From Candidatus Buchananbacteria bacterium (GTDB taxonomy: Bacteria; Patescibacteriota; Patescibacteriia; Buchananbacterales; UBA6539), in the NCBI GenBank assembly GCA_041664165.1, contig JBAYLH010000003.1:3247-67246 (forward strand): 64,000 nucleotides of DNA. Reading direction: 5' to 3'. Under the pieces are notes generated by a model. It had not been told where the DNA came from. It searched no databases and saw only the letters and a program-made list of their open reading frames with translations. Shown here piece by piece: positions 49,011 through 57,783 of this stretch (its first letter is position 1; each line of letters opens with the position of its first letter). Position numbers and translations under genes: made by a program.

Positions 49011-50498
49011 CTAAATCGTTTCCACTTTAACCAAATTGGTCTGGCCCAAAAAGCCAAAAGGATGGCCCGCGGCGATAACCACAATATCGCCTTTGCTAAC
49101 CAGCCGCTTGCTGATTAACAAATTCTTAATTTTAGCCATTAAGTCATTAAACGAGGAAACAAAAGGCAGATAATAGGAATTGACGCCCCAGCTTAAGCAA
49201 AGCTGATTTTTGGTTTTTTCCGAAGCCGCCAGCGCGACTACGGTGATATTGGGTCGGTATTTGGCAATTGACCGGGCGGTGAAACCGGAAGTCGTGGCGC
49301 AGACAATCAATTTGGCGCCAGTCTCGGCGGCAATTTTTTCCACCGCAAAGCTGACCGTTTCGGTAATTCCGCCGATTTTTTTTAAGCTATTTTCAATTTG
49401 CTGATGCTCTTCAATTTCGGTTTTTTCCACTTCATTGGCGATCCGCGTCATCACTTGCACCGCCTTGAGCGGGTACTTGCCGGTGGCGGTTTCCCCTGAA
49501 AGCATGATCGCGTCCGTGCCGTCTAAAATCGCGTTAGCCACGTCGGAAACTTCCGCCCGGGTTGGCACCGGATAGCGGATCATTGAATCAAGCATTTGCG
49601 TCGCAACAATGACCGGTTTGGCTTCCTGAACGCAGCGCCGGACAATTTTTTTCTGAATTAATGGCAAATCCTCCAGCGGAATTTCCAAACCCAAATCGCC
49701 GCGCGCTACCATAATGCCGTCGGCCACTTTCAAAATTTCTTCAAAATGAGCCACCGCTTCCGCCCGCTCGATTTTGGCAATGACTTTGGTCTGAGTTATC
49801 GGCACGCTCCCGCCGCGGTTGGGCTTTTTGAAATCTTTGTCTTTGCGGCCGAGCCTTGATTCAAGCCGGTGAATATTTTTTTTCAATTCGATAATATCCG
49901 ATTCATCTTTGACAAAAGACAGGGCAATAAAATCAACTCCTTGTTTTAAGCCGAACCTCAAGTCTTCCATGTCTTTTTGAGTTACCGGTTTGGCTTTAAT
50001 TTCCGACTTCGGAAAATTCATTCCTTTGTGGGCATAAATAATATCGCCAATTTTAACTTTGCAGCGAATCGCTTTATTTTTTATCGCAACTACCTCCAAT
50101 TCAATTTTGGCATCATCAATTAAAACCGGATTGCCGGGTTTTAAATCACGGTACAAACCGGGGTATTGAATCGGAATGAAAGCTGAAACATCTTTGAGGG
50201 AAATCCGAAAATTTTCCGGCACCAAATAGATAAACTCGCCGGCTTCGACTTTAATGCCTTCGGCGGCAATGTTGCCGGTGCGAATCCGCGGCCCCTGCAA
50301 ATCCTGCAAAATAGCGACCGGCTGGCCGGTTTTAGCCGCTACCTTTCTGAGATTATTAATCAGCAAGGTATGGTGTTTGTAAGTGCCATGGGAAAAATTA
50401 AGCCGGGCAACATTAAGCCCGGATTTAACCATCAGTTCGATTTTACTTTTGGTCTCCGAGGCCGGACCGATCGTGCAGACGATTTTGGTTCTTTTCAT
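49011..50498 (-). CDS. pyk: pyruvate kinase
   Basis: 495 aa. MKRTKIVCTIGPAS...NVARLNFSHG...QDLQGPRIRTG is canonical. Confidence 0.9.
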   Translation of the reverse strand: MKRTKIVCTIGPASETKSKIELMVKSGLNVARLNFSHGTYKHHTLLINNLRKVAAKTGQPVAILQDLQGPRIRTGNIAAEGIKVEAGEFIYLVPENFRISLKDVSAFIPIQYPGLYRDLKPGNPVLIDDAKIELEVVAIKNKAIRCKVKIGDIIYAHKGMNFPKSEIKAKPVTQKDMEDLRFGLKQGVDFIALSFVKDESDIIELKKNIHRLESRLGRKDKDFKKPNRGGSVPITQTKVIAKIERAEAVAHFEEILKVADGIMVARGDLGLEIPLEDLPLIQKKIVRRCVQEAKPVIVATQMLDSMIRYPVPTRAEVSDVANAILDGTDAIMLSGETATGKYPLKAVQVMTRIANEVEKTEIEEHQQIENSLKKIGGITETVSFAVEKIAAETGAKLIVCATTSGFTARSIAKYRPNITVVALAASEKTKNQLCLSWGVNSYYLPFVSSFNDLMAKIKNLLISKRLVSKGDIVVIAAGHPFGFLGQTNLVKVETI

Positions 50499-50532
50499 AG
50501 TAAATTAAGTCAAGATAAACCCAGATAAAGTC

Positions 50533-50595
50533 AAGATAAAGTCAAGATAGGAAGTTCTTATCTGGACTTTATCTGGGCTTACTCACTTTATCTTG
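50533..50595. promoter_or_regulatory. array of direct and inverted AGTCAAGATAA-like motifs upstream of pyk
   Basis: Three direct copies (agtcaagataa) precede inverted copies (cttatctggact, ttatctgggct, ttatcttggct). Together they form the palindrome CCCAGATAAAGTC...GACTTTATCTGGG. Confidence 0.55.
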
Positions 50596-50599
50596 GCTG

Positions 50600-50923
50600 T
50601 TATAATTTTAGCGTTTTAATAATCCAATCGCCAAAAGACTTCGCCCAAACGCCGACAACCGGCAACTCCCACTTTTCTCCCTGCAAGGCTTTGATGATAC
50701 CAACGATCGCGGCGACACCGACTAAGACATTTAAAAACCAGCCTAAGACCGGAATAAAGCAAAAGACGACGGAGATCACAAAGAGCAAAGCGCCCTGGCT
50801 GGCGTGAAACTTAACAAATTCATTGTCTTTGCGCGCGGCTAAAGCGACTAAGCTTAAAATCCAAAGGTAGCCAACGGCCGCCCAGATCTTTTTTTCCTGC
50901 GGGTTAATTTTTGTTTCCGTCAT
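50600..50923 (-). CDS. DUF4870-like small membrane protein
   Basis: 107 aa. IWAAVGYLWILSLVALAARKDNEFVKFHASQGALLF fits the DUF4870 pattern. Confidence 0.5.
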   Translation of the reverse strand: MTETKINPQEKKIWAAVGYLWILSLVALAARKDNEFVKFHASQGALLFVISVVFCFIPVLGWFLNVLVGVAAIVGIIKALQGEKWELPVVGVWAKSFGDWIIKTLKL

Positions 50924-51047
50924 AAGTTTGGTGTTAGTTATTAGGGATTAGGTTTTAGGTGTTAGTAATTTAGGTTTATTATACCACAAAAACCAATTGA
51001 CAGCCAACAAAAAAAGAAGCTCTTTCAACTTCTAGTTTACTCAAGCT

Positions 51048-51482
51048 TCAAACAGCCTCCAAACCGATGCGGCCCATTCGGCCGACTTCGGCGACTCTAA
51101 CCACCATGAGATCACCAACGGTAAAGGGTGTCTTCGGGTAACGGGAATAATGCAAAAGGCCTTCATGACCATGAACAGTCAAGGCCAGAAAAGTACCAAA
51201 GTTCAGATCCCTGGCAACCAAGCCAAGAAAAATCTCACCTTCTCCGACCGTTTTACCAAAGTTATTCTCTAGCCATTTGGCCAGCCGTTGGCCGTATGCT
51301 TCATCCGCGGAATAAACCCGAAACGCCCCATGAGACTGGATAATGATGATTGCCTCAAGCGGACAACAGATGATCGTTCTTGGCTTTCCCTTCAGGAACT
51401 TCTGTACTTGTTCTGCTTCCAATTGGCCATCAGTTTTTATTGGCCGCCACGGTTTCTTTTCCCTTTGGTTTGGTCTTGTCAT
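51048..51482 (-). CDS. hypothetical protein
   Basis: 144 aa. No confident family. Confidence 0.3.
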   Translation of the reverse strand: MTRPNQREKKPWRPIKTDGQLEAEQVQKFLKGKPRTIICCPLEAIIIIQSHGAFRVYSADEAYGQRLAKWLENNFGKTVGEGEIFLGLVARDLNFGTFLALTVHGHEGLLHYSRYPKTPFTVGDLMVVRVAEVGRMGRIGLEAV

Positions 51483-51623
51483 TACTTTGCCTCCTAGTTA
51501 AACAGCAACTTTACCAAAACATATCAATCTAATCAAAATTTAACAACAAAGTCAAGCCTAAACTGAATGCTAAAACAAAGCCGAGGCGTGAAAGCCTCGG
51601 CGATGATTTTAAAAACAATTTAC

Positions 51624-52535
51624 TTATGATGATACCTTTTTCGACTGATCCCAGATTACGACAAACTGGCTTTTCATCATTTCAGCTAGCTCTGAACTTT
51701 CCACTAAAAATCCAAAGTTTTCTCGACTGGAAGAAATAAATCTGACCGTATTGCCATAAATTGAATAACCTAAAGTAAAATCAATACCCACGGGTGCAAT
51801 CCGCACTTCTCTTTTTAAATTTTGGCTGGCTAGTAAAAATGGATATTTTTTTAAATCCGGGATTTGGGCTTTGGGCCAAATTACTTTTAAGCTAATATTT
51901 TGCTCCAGTCGTTTTTGATGAAATTCTTTGATAAAATCTGACCCTAAAAGTCCCAGCATTTTTTTAATCGGCCAATACGCGAAGACGGTAATATCGCGAT
52001 AAAGCAGCATATCTTTCATCATTTGCCGCAGTTCTCTTTGGCCGTCAAAAAGCTGAAGTTTTGGCCGGAAAAAATTATCCTGGTTTTGTTGCATTTTTTT
52101 TAAACTTTCCAATTCTTCATTGGCGGCTAAAATCTCCTTTCGCTTTTCTTCAACCAAAAGTTGGATTTTCTCAACTGACGATGCAACAAAAAACTTGGCA
52201 CCTCCTTTTAAAGTTTCGCTCACTAAACCAACTTCAATCAGATGCTTAAGTAAATCATAAACCGAAGTCCGGCTGATACTGGCTTGTTTGGCTAATTGGC
52301 TGGCGCTCATCGGACCACTGGCAAAAAGCTGGCTGAACAGATTAGCCTCAATTGGCCTTAGATTAAACAAAGCTAAAAGTTTATTGGGTTTCATAGAATT
52401 TCCTAAGTGTCGTCGGATTTTCACGACATAGTTTACAATACTCCCCTTTTGATGCAAAGTCAAGAAAGAAAGAAGGAAGGAGGGCAAGATGCTCCTTACA
52501 ACCGATAAGGGAGGTAATGTAATGTCAAAACTCAA
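51624..52535 (-). CDS. TrmB-like transcriptional regulator (N-terminal winged HTH plus C-terminal effector domain)
   Basis: 303 aa. LFASGPMSASQLAKQASISRTSVYDLLKHLIEVGLV is a wHTH. The coiled-coil linker and ~200-aa C-terminal domain resemble TrmB. Confidence 0.5.
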   Translation of the reverse strand: MSFDITLPPLSVVRSILPSFLLSFLTLHQKGSIVNYVVKIRRHLGNSMKPNKLLALFNLRPIEANLFSQLFASGPMSASQLAKQASISRTSVYDLLKHLIEVGLVSETLKGGAKFFVASSVEKIQLLVEEKRKEILAANEELESLKKMQQNQDNFFRPKLQLFDGQRELRQMMKDMLLYRDITVFAYWPIKKMLGLLGSDFIKEFHQKRLEQNISLKVIWPKAQIPDLKKYPFLLASQNLKREVRIAPVGIDFTLGYSIYGNTVRFISSSRENFGFLVESSELAEMMKSQFVVIWDQSKKVSS

Positions 52536-53082
52536 TCAAAAAAGTTGGGGTGTCAAGTTTGAATATGATATGAAAAGCCTAGGAGATTACACTCATTGCG
52601 CATATGAGTCCTGCGGTTATCATCAAAAAACTGGATTTATTAGTTGTATCGTAGGCTACTATAAAGACTCTAACTTATTGGTAGTCAGGTGTCCGGCCTG
52701 CTCGCGGCACTCTACGGTACACGGGTTAGAAGGGGCTTTCCATCTCCTTGAGTCAAATGCTGGCACCAGACAATTTGAGAAAGAAGCGGCCTTGAGATGG
52801 CTAAGATACCCTGAGACCTACGAAGCAATGCGTCAGTGCATCGAAGAAATACTCAAGGAATATGAAAACCTGCTTAGGCCTTACTTAGAAAGGCTCAAGT
52901 CTAAGTTGGGTCATATCCCAGAAGTTAACTTTGACTCTTCCTGGAATTTGGGCGATGAACGACTTGATTGTATGTCCACGGCCAATAACCTTGAAATGTT
53001 ACAAGGCATTTTGGAGATCTCTGACTCAGAGGCAGAAGAGATAAGAAGAAAGGTAACGAAAGAGCTAATGACAAAAGCCTGA
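52489..53082 (+). CDS. hypothetical Cys-cluster protein
   Basis: 197 aa with CxxC...CPAC motifs. A convergent terminator hairpin follows. Confidence 0.35.
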   Translation: MLLTTDKGGNVMSKLNQKSWGVKFEYDMKSLGDYTHCAYESCGYHQKTGFISCIVGYYKDSNLLVVRCPACSRHSTVHGLEGAFHLLESNAGTRQFEKEAALRWLRYPETYEAMRQCIEEILKEYENLLRPYLERLKSKLGHIPEVNFDSSWNLGDERLDCMSTANNLEMLQGILEISDSEAEEIRRKVTKELMTKA

Positions 53083-53202
53083 CTCGAAGCCGAAATAATA
53101 ACCCTCGGCTTCTTTTTTTATTACTATTACCGAAAGCCGAGGCAACTTGCCTCGGCTTCAATATTCGTAGATTCGGATTTATTAGTAAATTCGCATCGCG
53201 CT

Positions 53203-54858
53203 TTACATCATGCCCATGCCGCCCATACCCGGATTCATCCCGCCGTGGTCATGGCCTTCTTTTTCCGGCAAATCAGTGACCAAAGCTTCCATGGTAATCA
53301 AGGTCGTGGCAATTGAAGAAGCGTTCTCCAAGGCCGTTCTGGTAACTTTCATCGGATCGACAATCCCCGCCTCCAACATATCAACTTTTTTCATCGTGTT
53401 GAAGTCATAACCGGAATTGGCGTCATTAATTTCTTTAATTTCATTTAAAATCAAGGAAATATCTTTCAAGCCGGCGTTAGCCGCGATTTGGCGTAATGGC
53501 GCCGTTAAGGCCTGCTGGATAATTTTCGCGCCGACTTTTTCGTCATCGGTTAATTCAACTTTATATTCTTTGAGTAAATCATTCAAAGCATTGGCGACTT
53601 TGACTAAGGCCGCGCCGCCTCCCGGGACAATTCCTTCGGCCACGGCGGCCTTGGTCGCGTTGAGTGCGTCTTCAATTTTGAATTTCTTTTCTTTCATTTC
53701 CGTTTCCGTCGCCGCGCCGACTTTGATGACGCCGACCCCGCCGGAAAGTTTCGCCAGTCTTTCCACTAATTTTTCTTTATCAAATTCCGAATCGGATTTG
53801 GCAATTTCATTTTTGATTTGAGCCACCCGCGCTTCAATCTTTTTCTTGTCGCCTTTGCCGTCAATAATCGTCGTGTATTCTTTGGTCGCAACCACTTTTC
53901 TGGCCTGGCCTAGCTGTTCAATTTCCGTTTTTTCCAGTTTTAAACCTAAATCTTCGGAAATTACCGTACCGCCGGTCAAAGCCGCGATATCATTTAGCAT
54001 TTCTTTGCGGCGGTCGCCAAAGCCCGGAGCTTTAACGCCCAAGACATTAAAAGTACCGCGGAGTTTATTAACCACAAAAGTGGCTAAAGCTTCGCCTTCA
54101 ATTTCATCGCCGATAATTACCAGCTCTTTTTTGCCGCTTTGGGCGATTTTTTCCAAAAGCGGTAAAATATCGCGAACAGCGGAAATTTTTTGGTCGGTAA
54201 TTAAAATGTAAGGTTCTTCAAAATCCGCTTCCATCCGTTCGGGATTGGTAACCATGTAGGCGGAAACAAAACCTTTGTCAAACCGCATGCCCTGAACCAC
54301 TTCTTTTTGCAAGCCGAAAGTCGGGCTTTCTTCAACTGTTACCACGCCGTCTTTGCCGACTTCGGTCATAATGTCGGCAATCATCTGGCCGACTTCCGGG
54401 TCTAGCGAAGAAATCGTCGCGACTTGGGCGACTTCTTTTTGATCCTTAATTGGCCGGGTAATTTTTTTCAAGCCTTCAATAACGACTTTGACGGTTTTTT
54501 GAATTCCGGTTTTCAAAGCTACCGGATCGGTACCGGCCGCCACGTTTTTCAAGCCCTCTTCAATAATCGCCTGGGCCAAAACCGTCGCGGTCGTAGTGCC
54601 GTCGCCGGCAACGTCATTGGTTTTTTCCGCCACTTCCTTGATCAAAGAAGCGCCGATATTTTCAAATTTGTCTTCCAATTCGATTTCTTTGGCAATCGTC
54701 ACGCCGTCGTTAGTAATTATCGGCGAACCAAAGCCTTTGTCCAAAACCACGTTTCGGCCTTTCGGGCCCAAACTGACTTTAACGGCATCGGCGACCTGGT
54801 CGATCCCCTTTTTGACCGCCGCACGAGCCTTTTCATTAAAAAGTAATTGTTTTGCCAT
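53203..54858 (-). CDS. groL: chaperonin GroEL
   Basis: 551 aa. [27 protein letters not shown], the [11 protein letters not shown] motif and a C-terminal GGM repeat tail. Confidence 0.95.
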   Translation of the reverse strand: MAKQLLFNEKARAAVKKGIDQVADAVKVSLGPKGRNVVLDKGFGSPIITNDGVTIAKEIELEDKFENIGASLIKEVAEKTNDVAGDGTTTATVLAQAIIEEGLKNVAAGTDPVALKTGIQKTVKVVIEGLKKITRPIKDQKEVAQVATISSLDPEVGQMIADIMTEVGKDGVVTVEESPTFGLQKEVVQGMRFDKGFVSAYMVTNPERMEADFEEPYILITDQKISAVRDILPLLEKIAQSGKKELVIIGDEIEGEALATFVVNKLRGTFNVLGVKAPGFGDRRKEMLNDIAALTGGTVISEDLGLKLEKTEIEQLGQARKVVATKEYTTIIDGKGDKKKIEARVAQIKNEIAKSDSEFDKEKLVERLAKLSGGVGVIKVGAATETEMKEKKFKIEDALNATKAAVAEGIVPGGGAALVKVANALNDLLKEYKVELTDDEKVGAKIIQQALTAPLRQIAANAGLKDISLILNEIKEINDANSGYDFNTMKKVDMLEAGIVDPMKVTRTALENASSIATTLITMEALVTDLPEKEGHDHGGMNPGMGGMGMM

Positions 54859-54971
54859 ATAATTTTGATTATTTATTAATTTAAGTTGTGTGTTTGATTC
54901 TAATCTACAAATTATGGATGCGAATCTGCGAATATTTGTAGATTCGGATGTATTCGTAGATTAGTATTGCG

Positions 54972-55247
54972 CTATTCAATGACGGCTAAAACGTCTTCGT
55001 CGCTTAAAATTTTGTATTCCTGGTCATCGACTTTGACTTCTTCCCCGGCATATTTGCCGAAAATTACTTTGTCGCCGGTTTTTAAACCCAGCTTAGTGAT
55101 TTTTTCGCCGTCGCCGATGGCCAAAACTTTGCCTTCCGCTTTTTTTTCTTTATCAATGGTGTCCGGCAAGATAATGCCGGATTTAGTGGTTTCTTCTTCG
55201 CTTAAAGCTTCAACCACGATTCTGTTGCCCAAGGGTTTTAGTTTCAT
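54972..55247 (-). CDS. groS: co-chaperonin GroES
   Basis: 91 aa. MKLKPLGNRIVVE...GIILPD...GKVLAIGDG. Confidence 0.95.
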   Translation of the reverse strand: MKLKPLGNRIVVEALSEEETTKSGIILPDTIDKEKKAEGKVLAIGDGEKITKLGLKTGDKVIFGKYAGEEVKVDDQEYKILSDEDVLAVIE

Positions 55248-55336
55248 ACTTTTTATCTCCTTATTTTTATCCGCGCAGGCGACCCTTTATGGATCACCGA
55301 ACCCCAAAAAGTCCAGCTACGCGAAATGTTTATTAA

Positions 55337-55399
55337 TTAACCCCCACACCTATTTTTTTATATATTCTACACCGTCTAAAAAATAGGTGTGGGGGTTAA
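55337..55399. promoter_or_regulatory. 22-bp inverted repeat TTAACCCCCACACCTATTTTTT...AAAAAATAGGTGTGGGGGTTAA in the groES leader
   Basis: A perfect stem with a ~20-nt loop, located between CIRCE and the groES start. Its core CACCTATTTT/AAAATAGGTG is shared with the pyk-ppsA inverted repeat. Confidence 0.6.
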
Positions 55400-55400
55400 A

Positions 55401-55427
55401 CTAGCACTCCATAATTCAGAGTGCTAA
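55401..55427 (-). promoter_or_regulatory. CIRCE operator (HrcA binding site) for groES-groEL
   Basis: CTAGCACTC-N9-GAGTGCTAA matches the consensus TTAGCACTC-N9-GAGTGCTAA (one mismatch). It lies ~155 bp upstream of groES. Confidence 0.85.
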
Positions 55428-55604
55428 TGATACTTTATCTTAGAAAATTTTACCCCGCCTGTCAACCCTTGACAAAATAGACAATTTATGCCAAACTTAC
55501 ACGAATGCTCTTACCTACCCTCATTATTTGGTTAACCCTAATTGGCAAATAAACCATAGTTGCTAGCTAGGGATAACCAAGAATTAACGGGAGGACTAGG
55601 CACG

Positions 55605-55691
55605 ATGAAAAGAATTATAGTAGCATTGGTACTAATCATACTGGCGGCTATTGCTGGCTGGTTGGCTGCTGGCAGAGTCGACCTAACGTAG
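55605..55691 (+). CDS. small hydrophobic peptide (28 aa) with strong SD and own terminator
   Basis: GGGAGG lies 10 nt upstream of ATG. The peptide is MKRIIVALVLIILAAIAGWLAAGRVDLT*. A rho-independent terminator (CCGCCAATCT...AGATTGGCGG + T-run) is at 55727-55775. Confidence 0.4.
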   Translation: MKRIIVALVLIILAAIAGWLAAGRVDLT

Positions 55692-55789
55692 ATCCTCGCA
55701 GCAATAGCCTGCTCACACAACTTAAACCGCCAATCTGAAACCAAACGGTGTAAGATTGGCGGCTTTTTCTTTTTTGGCAAAACTTAAAT

Positions 55790-57166
55790 TTATTTTCTCT
55801 CTAACTGCTTTAAATTCAGCCCTAGAATTATCCAAAAAATCATTACCCCAGTCCAAAGCGTCCAAAAATAATGGTCAACCAGGCTGATAAATAAAACCAA
55901 GAATAAACAAAGCAAAACAATAATTATCCTCAGCGGCCGGCGCGAGTCGCCCGCCTCGCCGAGTCTGGCCGGGCGGCTCGCGCCGGCGTGTTTAACCAGC
56001 TGATAAACAAGCAAAACTAACATCAAACCAAAAACCAAAGCCCCGAAAATCCCCAGCTCGGCTAAGACCAAAAAATAAATATTATGAACCGGCTGATAAT
56101 AATAGCCCGGCCAGCCGGCGTTAATTTTTTCAAACACGCCCAAGGTGTAGTTGCCAATCCCTGTCCCCTGCCAAGGGTTAGCCGAAATCAGCTGCCAGGC
56201 TTGCTGGGTAAAAGCGACTCGCAGATAAATTGAAGCCACTTCCAAATCCTGTTCGCCGGAAATCCGAGTAATTAGCGGCGCCCAAAAAATAGTACCCAAA
56301 ACCGCAAAAATTATAAAAATCAGCAGGGAAATTTTTAGAAATATTTTTTTTAAAACCAAATCCCGTTTTTGATAAATTACCAGACCTAAAGCTATTAAAC
56401 TAAAAATCAAAGCCAGCCAGGCCGAACGGGAAAAAGAAAAAAATAATGCCGGGGCAATGCAAACCAAACCGGCCAAGACAAAAAATCGCTGGCGGCTTTT
56501 TTGGGCGATAAAAGCCAAATAAAATAAAAATAATAAGCCAATGGCTAAAAACCCGCCTAAAATATTAGGGTGAGGAAAGCTGCCATAAGCCCGCAGCCAC
56601 CGCTCGCTATCGGTTTGTAAAATTATCGAACCGCCGACATTCGGCAGGTGTTCGGCTAAGCCAAGCCATTTGTTGGGAAAAACATATTGGCTGAAAAATT
56701 GCCAAATTCCAAAAACTCCCTGAATTGCGGCTGAAGCGACCCAGCTTTTGGCGATTTTTTCTAGTTTAAAATCAAAAACTGAAATTAACGAAAATAAAGT
56801 TACACCCTCAATCAAAGTAAACCAGCGCCAATAAGCCAGCTGGCTGTTAAGCGACCAAACTACCGAAAGGCCGGCTAATAATAAAAATAAAATCACCAGC
56901 CAATAAATTAAAACCGGCGGCTTTTTTAACCGATTTAAAATCTGACGAAAATTTATTCGCTTCAAATGGCGGCCAGCAAAAACCCAAAAACCATAAAACC
57001 ATAAAACTAGCCACAAAAACAGCTCCGTACCGTAAAGGCTTGCTCGCCCGTATTCCCAGACAAAGCCGTTTAAATAAGCCTCCTGCCAAATCAGTCTGGT
57101 CTGCCAGGGCAAAAGAAAAATAAAAAGGTAAAAACCGAATTCAATTAATTTTTCTATTTTGGTCAT
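55790..57166 (-). CDS. O-antigen ligase/polymerase-like (Wzy_C) polytopic membrane protein
   Basis: 458 aa with >10 TM helices. FSFSRSAWLALIFSLIALGLV resembles the O-antigen ligase domain core. Confidence 0.5.
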   Translation of the reverse strand: MTKIEKLIEFGFYLFIFLLPWQTRLIWQEAYLNGFVWEYGRASLYGTELFLWLVLWFYGFWVFAGRHLKRINFRQILNRLKKPPVLIYWLVILFLLLAGLSVVWSLNSQLAYWRWFTLIEGVTLFSLISVFDFKLEKIAKSWVASAAIQGVFGIWQFFSQYVFPNKWLGLAEHLPNVGGSIILQTDSERWLRAYGSFPHPNILGGFLAIGLLFLFYLAFIAQKSRQRFFVLAGLVCIAPALFFSFSRSAWLALIFSLIALGLVIYQKRDLVLKKIFLKISLLIFIIFAVLGTIFWAPLITRISGEQDLEVASIYLRVAFTQQAWQLISANPWQGTGIGNYTLGVFEKINAGWPGYYYQPVHNIYFLVLAELGIFGALVFGLMLVLLVYQLVKHAGASRPARLGEAGDSRRPLRIIIVLLCLFLVLFISLVDHYFWTLWTGVMIFWIILGLNLKQLERK

Positions 57167-57779
57167 TGATTTTTTGAATAAATTTTGGCCGCTGACGATA
57201 AAGATAAATAACTACCGTCGCCAAGATGGCGCCAATGGTATTATAAAATAAATCAAAGGCATTGTTATAGTAATCACCGACTTGCTGGGCGGCGTTTAAA
57301 TACAAAGCGGCAAAAAGTTCGCAAAGTTCAATAATGGTTCCTAGCCCCATCGCCATCAGCACTAGAACAAAAGCAAAAATAAAATACTTTTTTTTAACTC
57401 GGTCGTCAATGTAATTACTCAACAAACTATAAAGAGCCAAAGTCGCGATAAAACTGCCGTAAGTATGGATAAAATTATCATAATGCCAGGGCAAGCCAGA
57501 AATCAGGGCAAAATCATATAGCCGATGATCATTGACCCGCAAATTACCGCCCAAAAGATGGAAAAACCCCAGCAAAGACAGATTAAAAAGGATAAAAAAA
57601 TCCAAATCCAAACGCTTGTTGATAATGATAATAATGACAATCAAAATCAGAATCAAAAAAGTATAATATAAAAATTCATAGTTAACACTTGACAGGGCGT
57701 TGATGGAAAAAGCGACCGTATAAGCCAGCGTAAAAAACAAGGCCAGATAATTCCGGTTTTTGACTAAAAAATTCAGCAT
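57141..57779 (-). CDS. hypothetical polytopic membrane protein
   Basis: 212 aa with 5-6 hydrophobic segments. AT-rich. Confidence 0.35.
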   Translation of the reverse strand: MLNFLVKNRNYLALFFTLAYTVAFSINALSSVNYEFLYYTFLILILIVIIIIINKRLDLDFFILFNLSLLGFFHLLGGNLRVNDHRLYDFALISGLPWHYDNFIHTYGSFIATLALYSLLSNYIDDRVKKKYFIFAFVLVLMAMGLGTIIELCELFAALYLNAAQQVGDYYNNAFDLFYNTIGAILATVVIYLYRQRPKFIQKINDQNRKIN

Positions 57780-57783
57780 AAAT

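Noticed and set aside
55538-55780. 80-aa minus-strand ORF upstream of groES
   Set aside because: It covers the CIRCE-proximal leader and lies antisense to a better-supported SD-led mini-gene and its terminator. It has no RBS.
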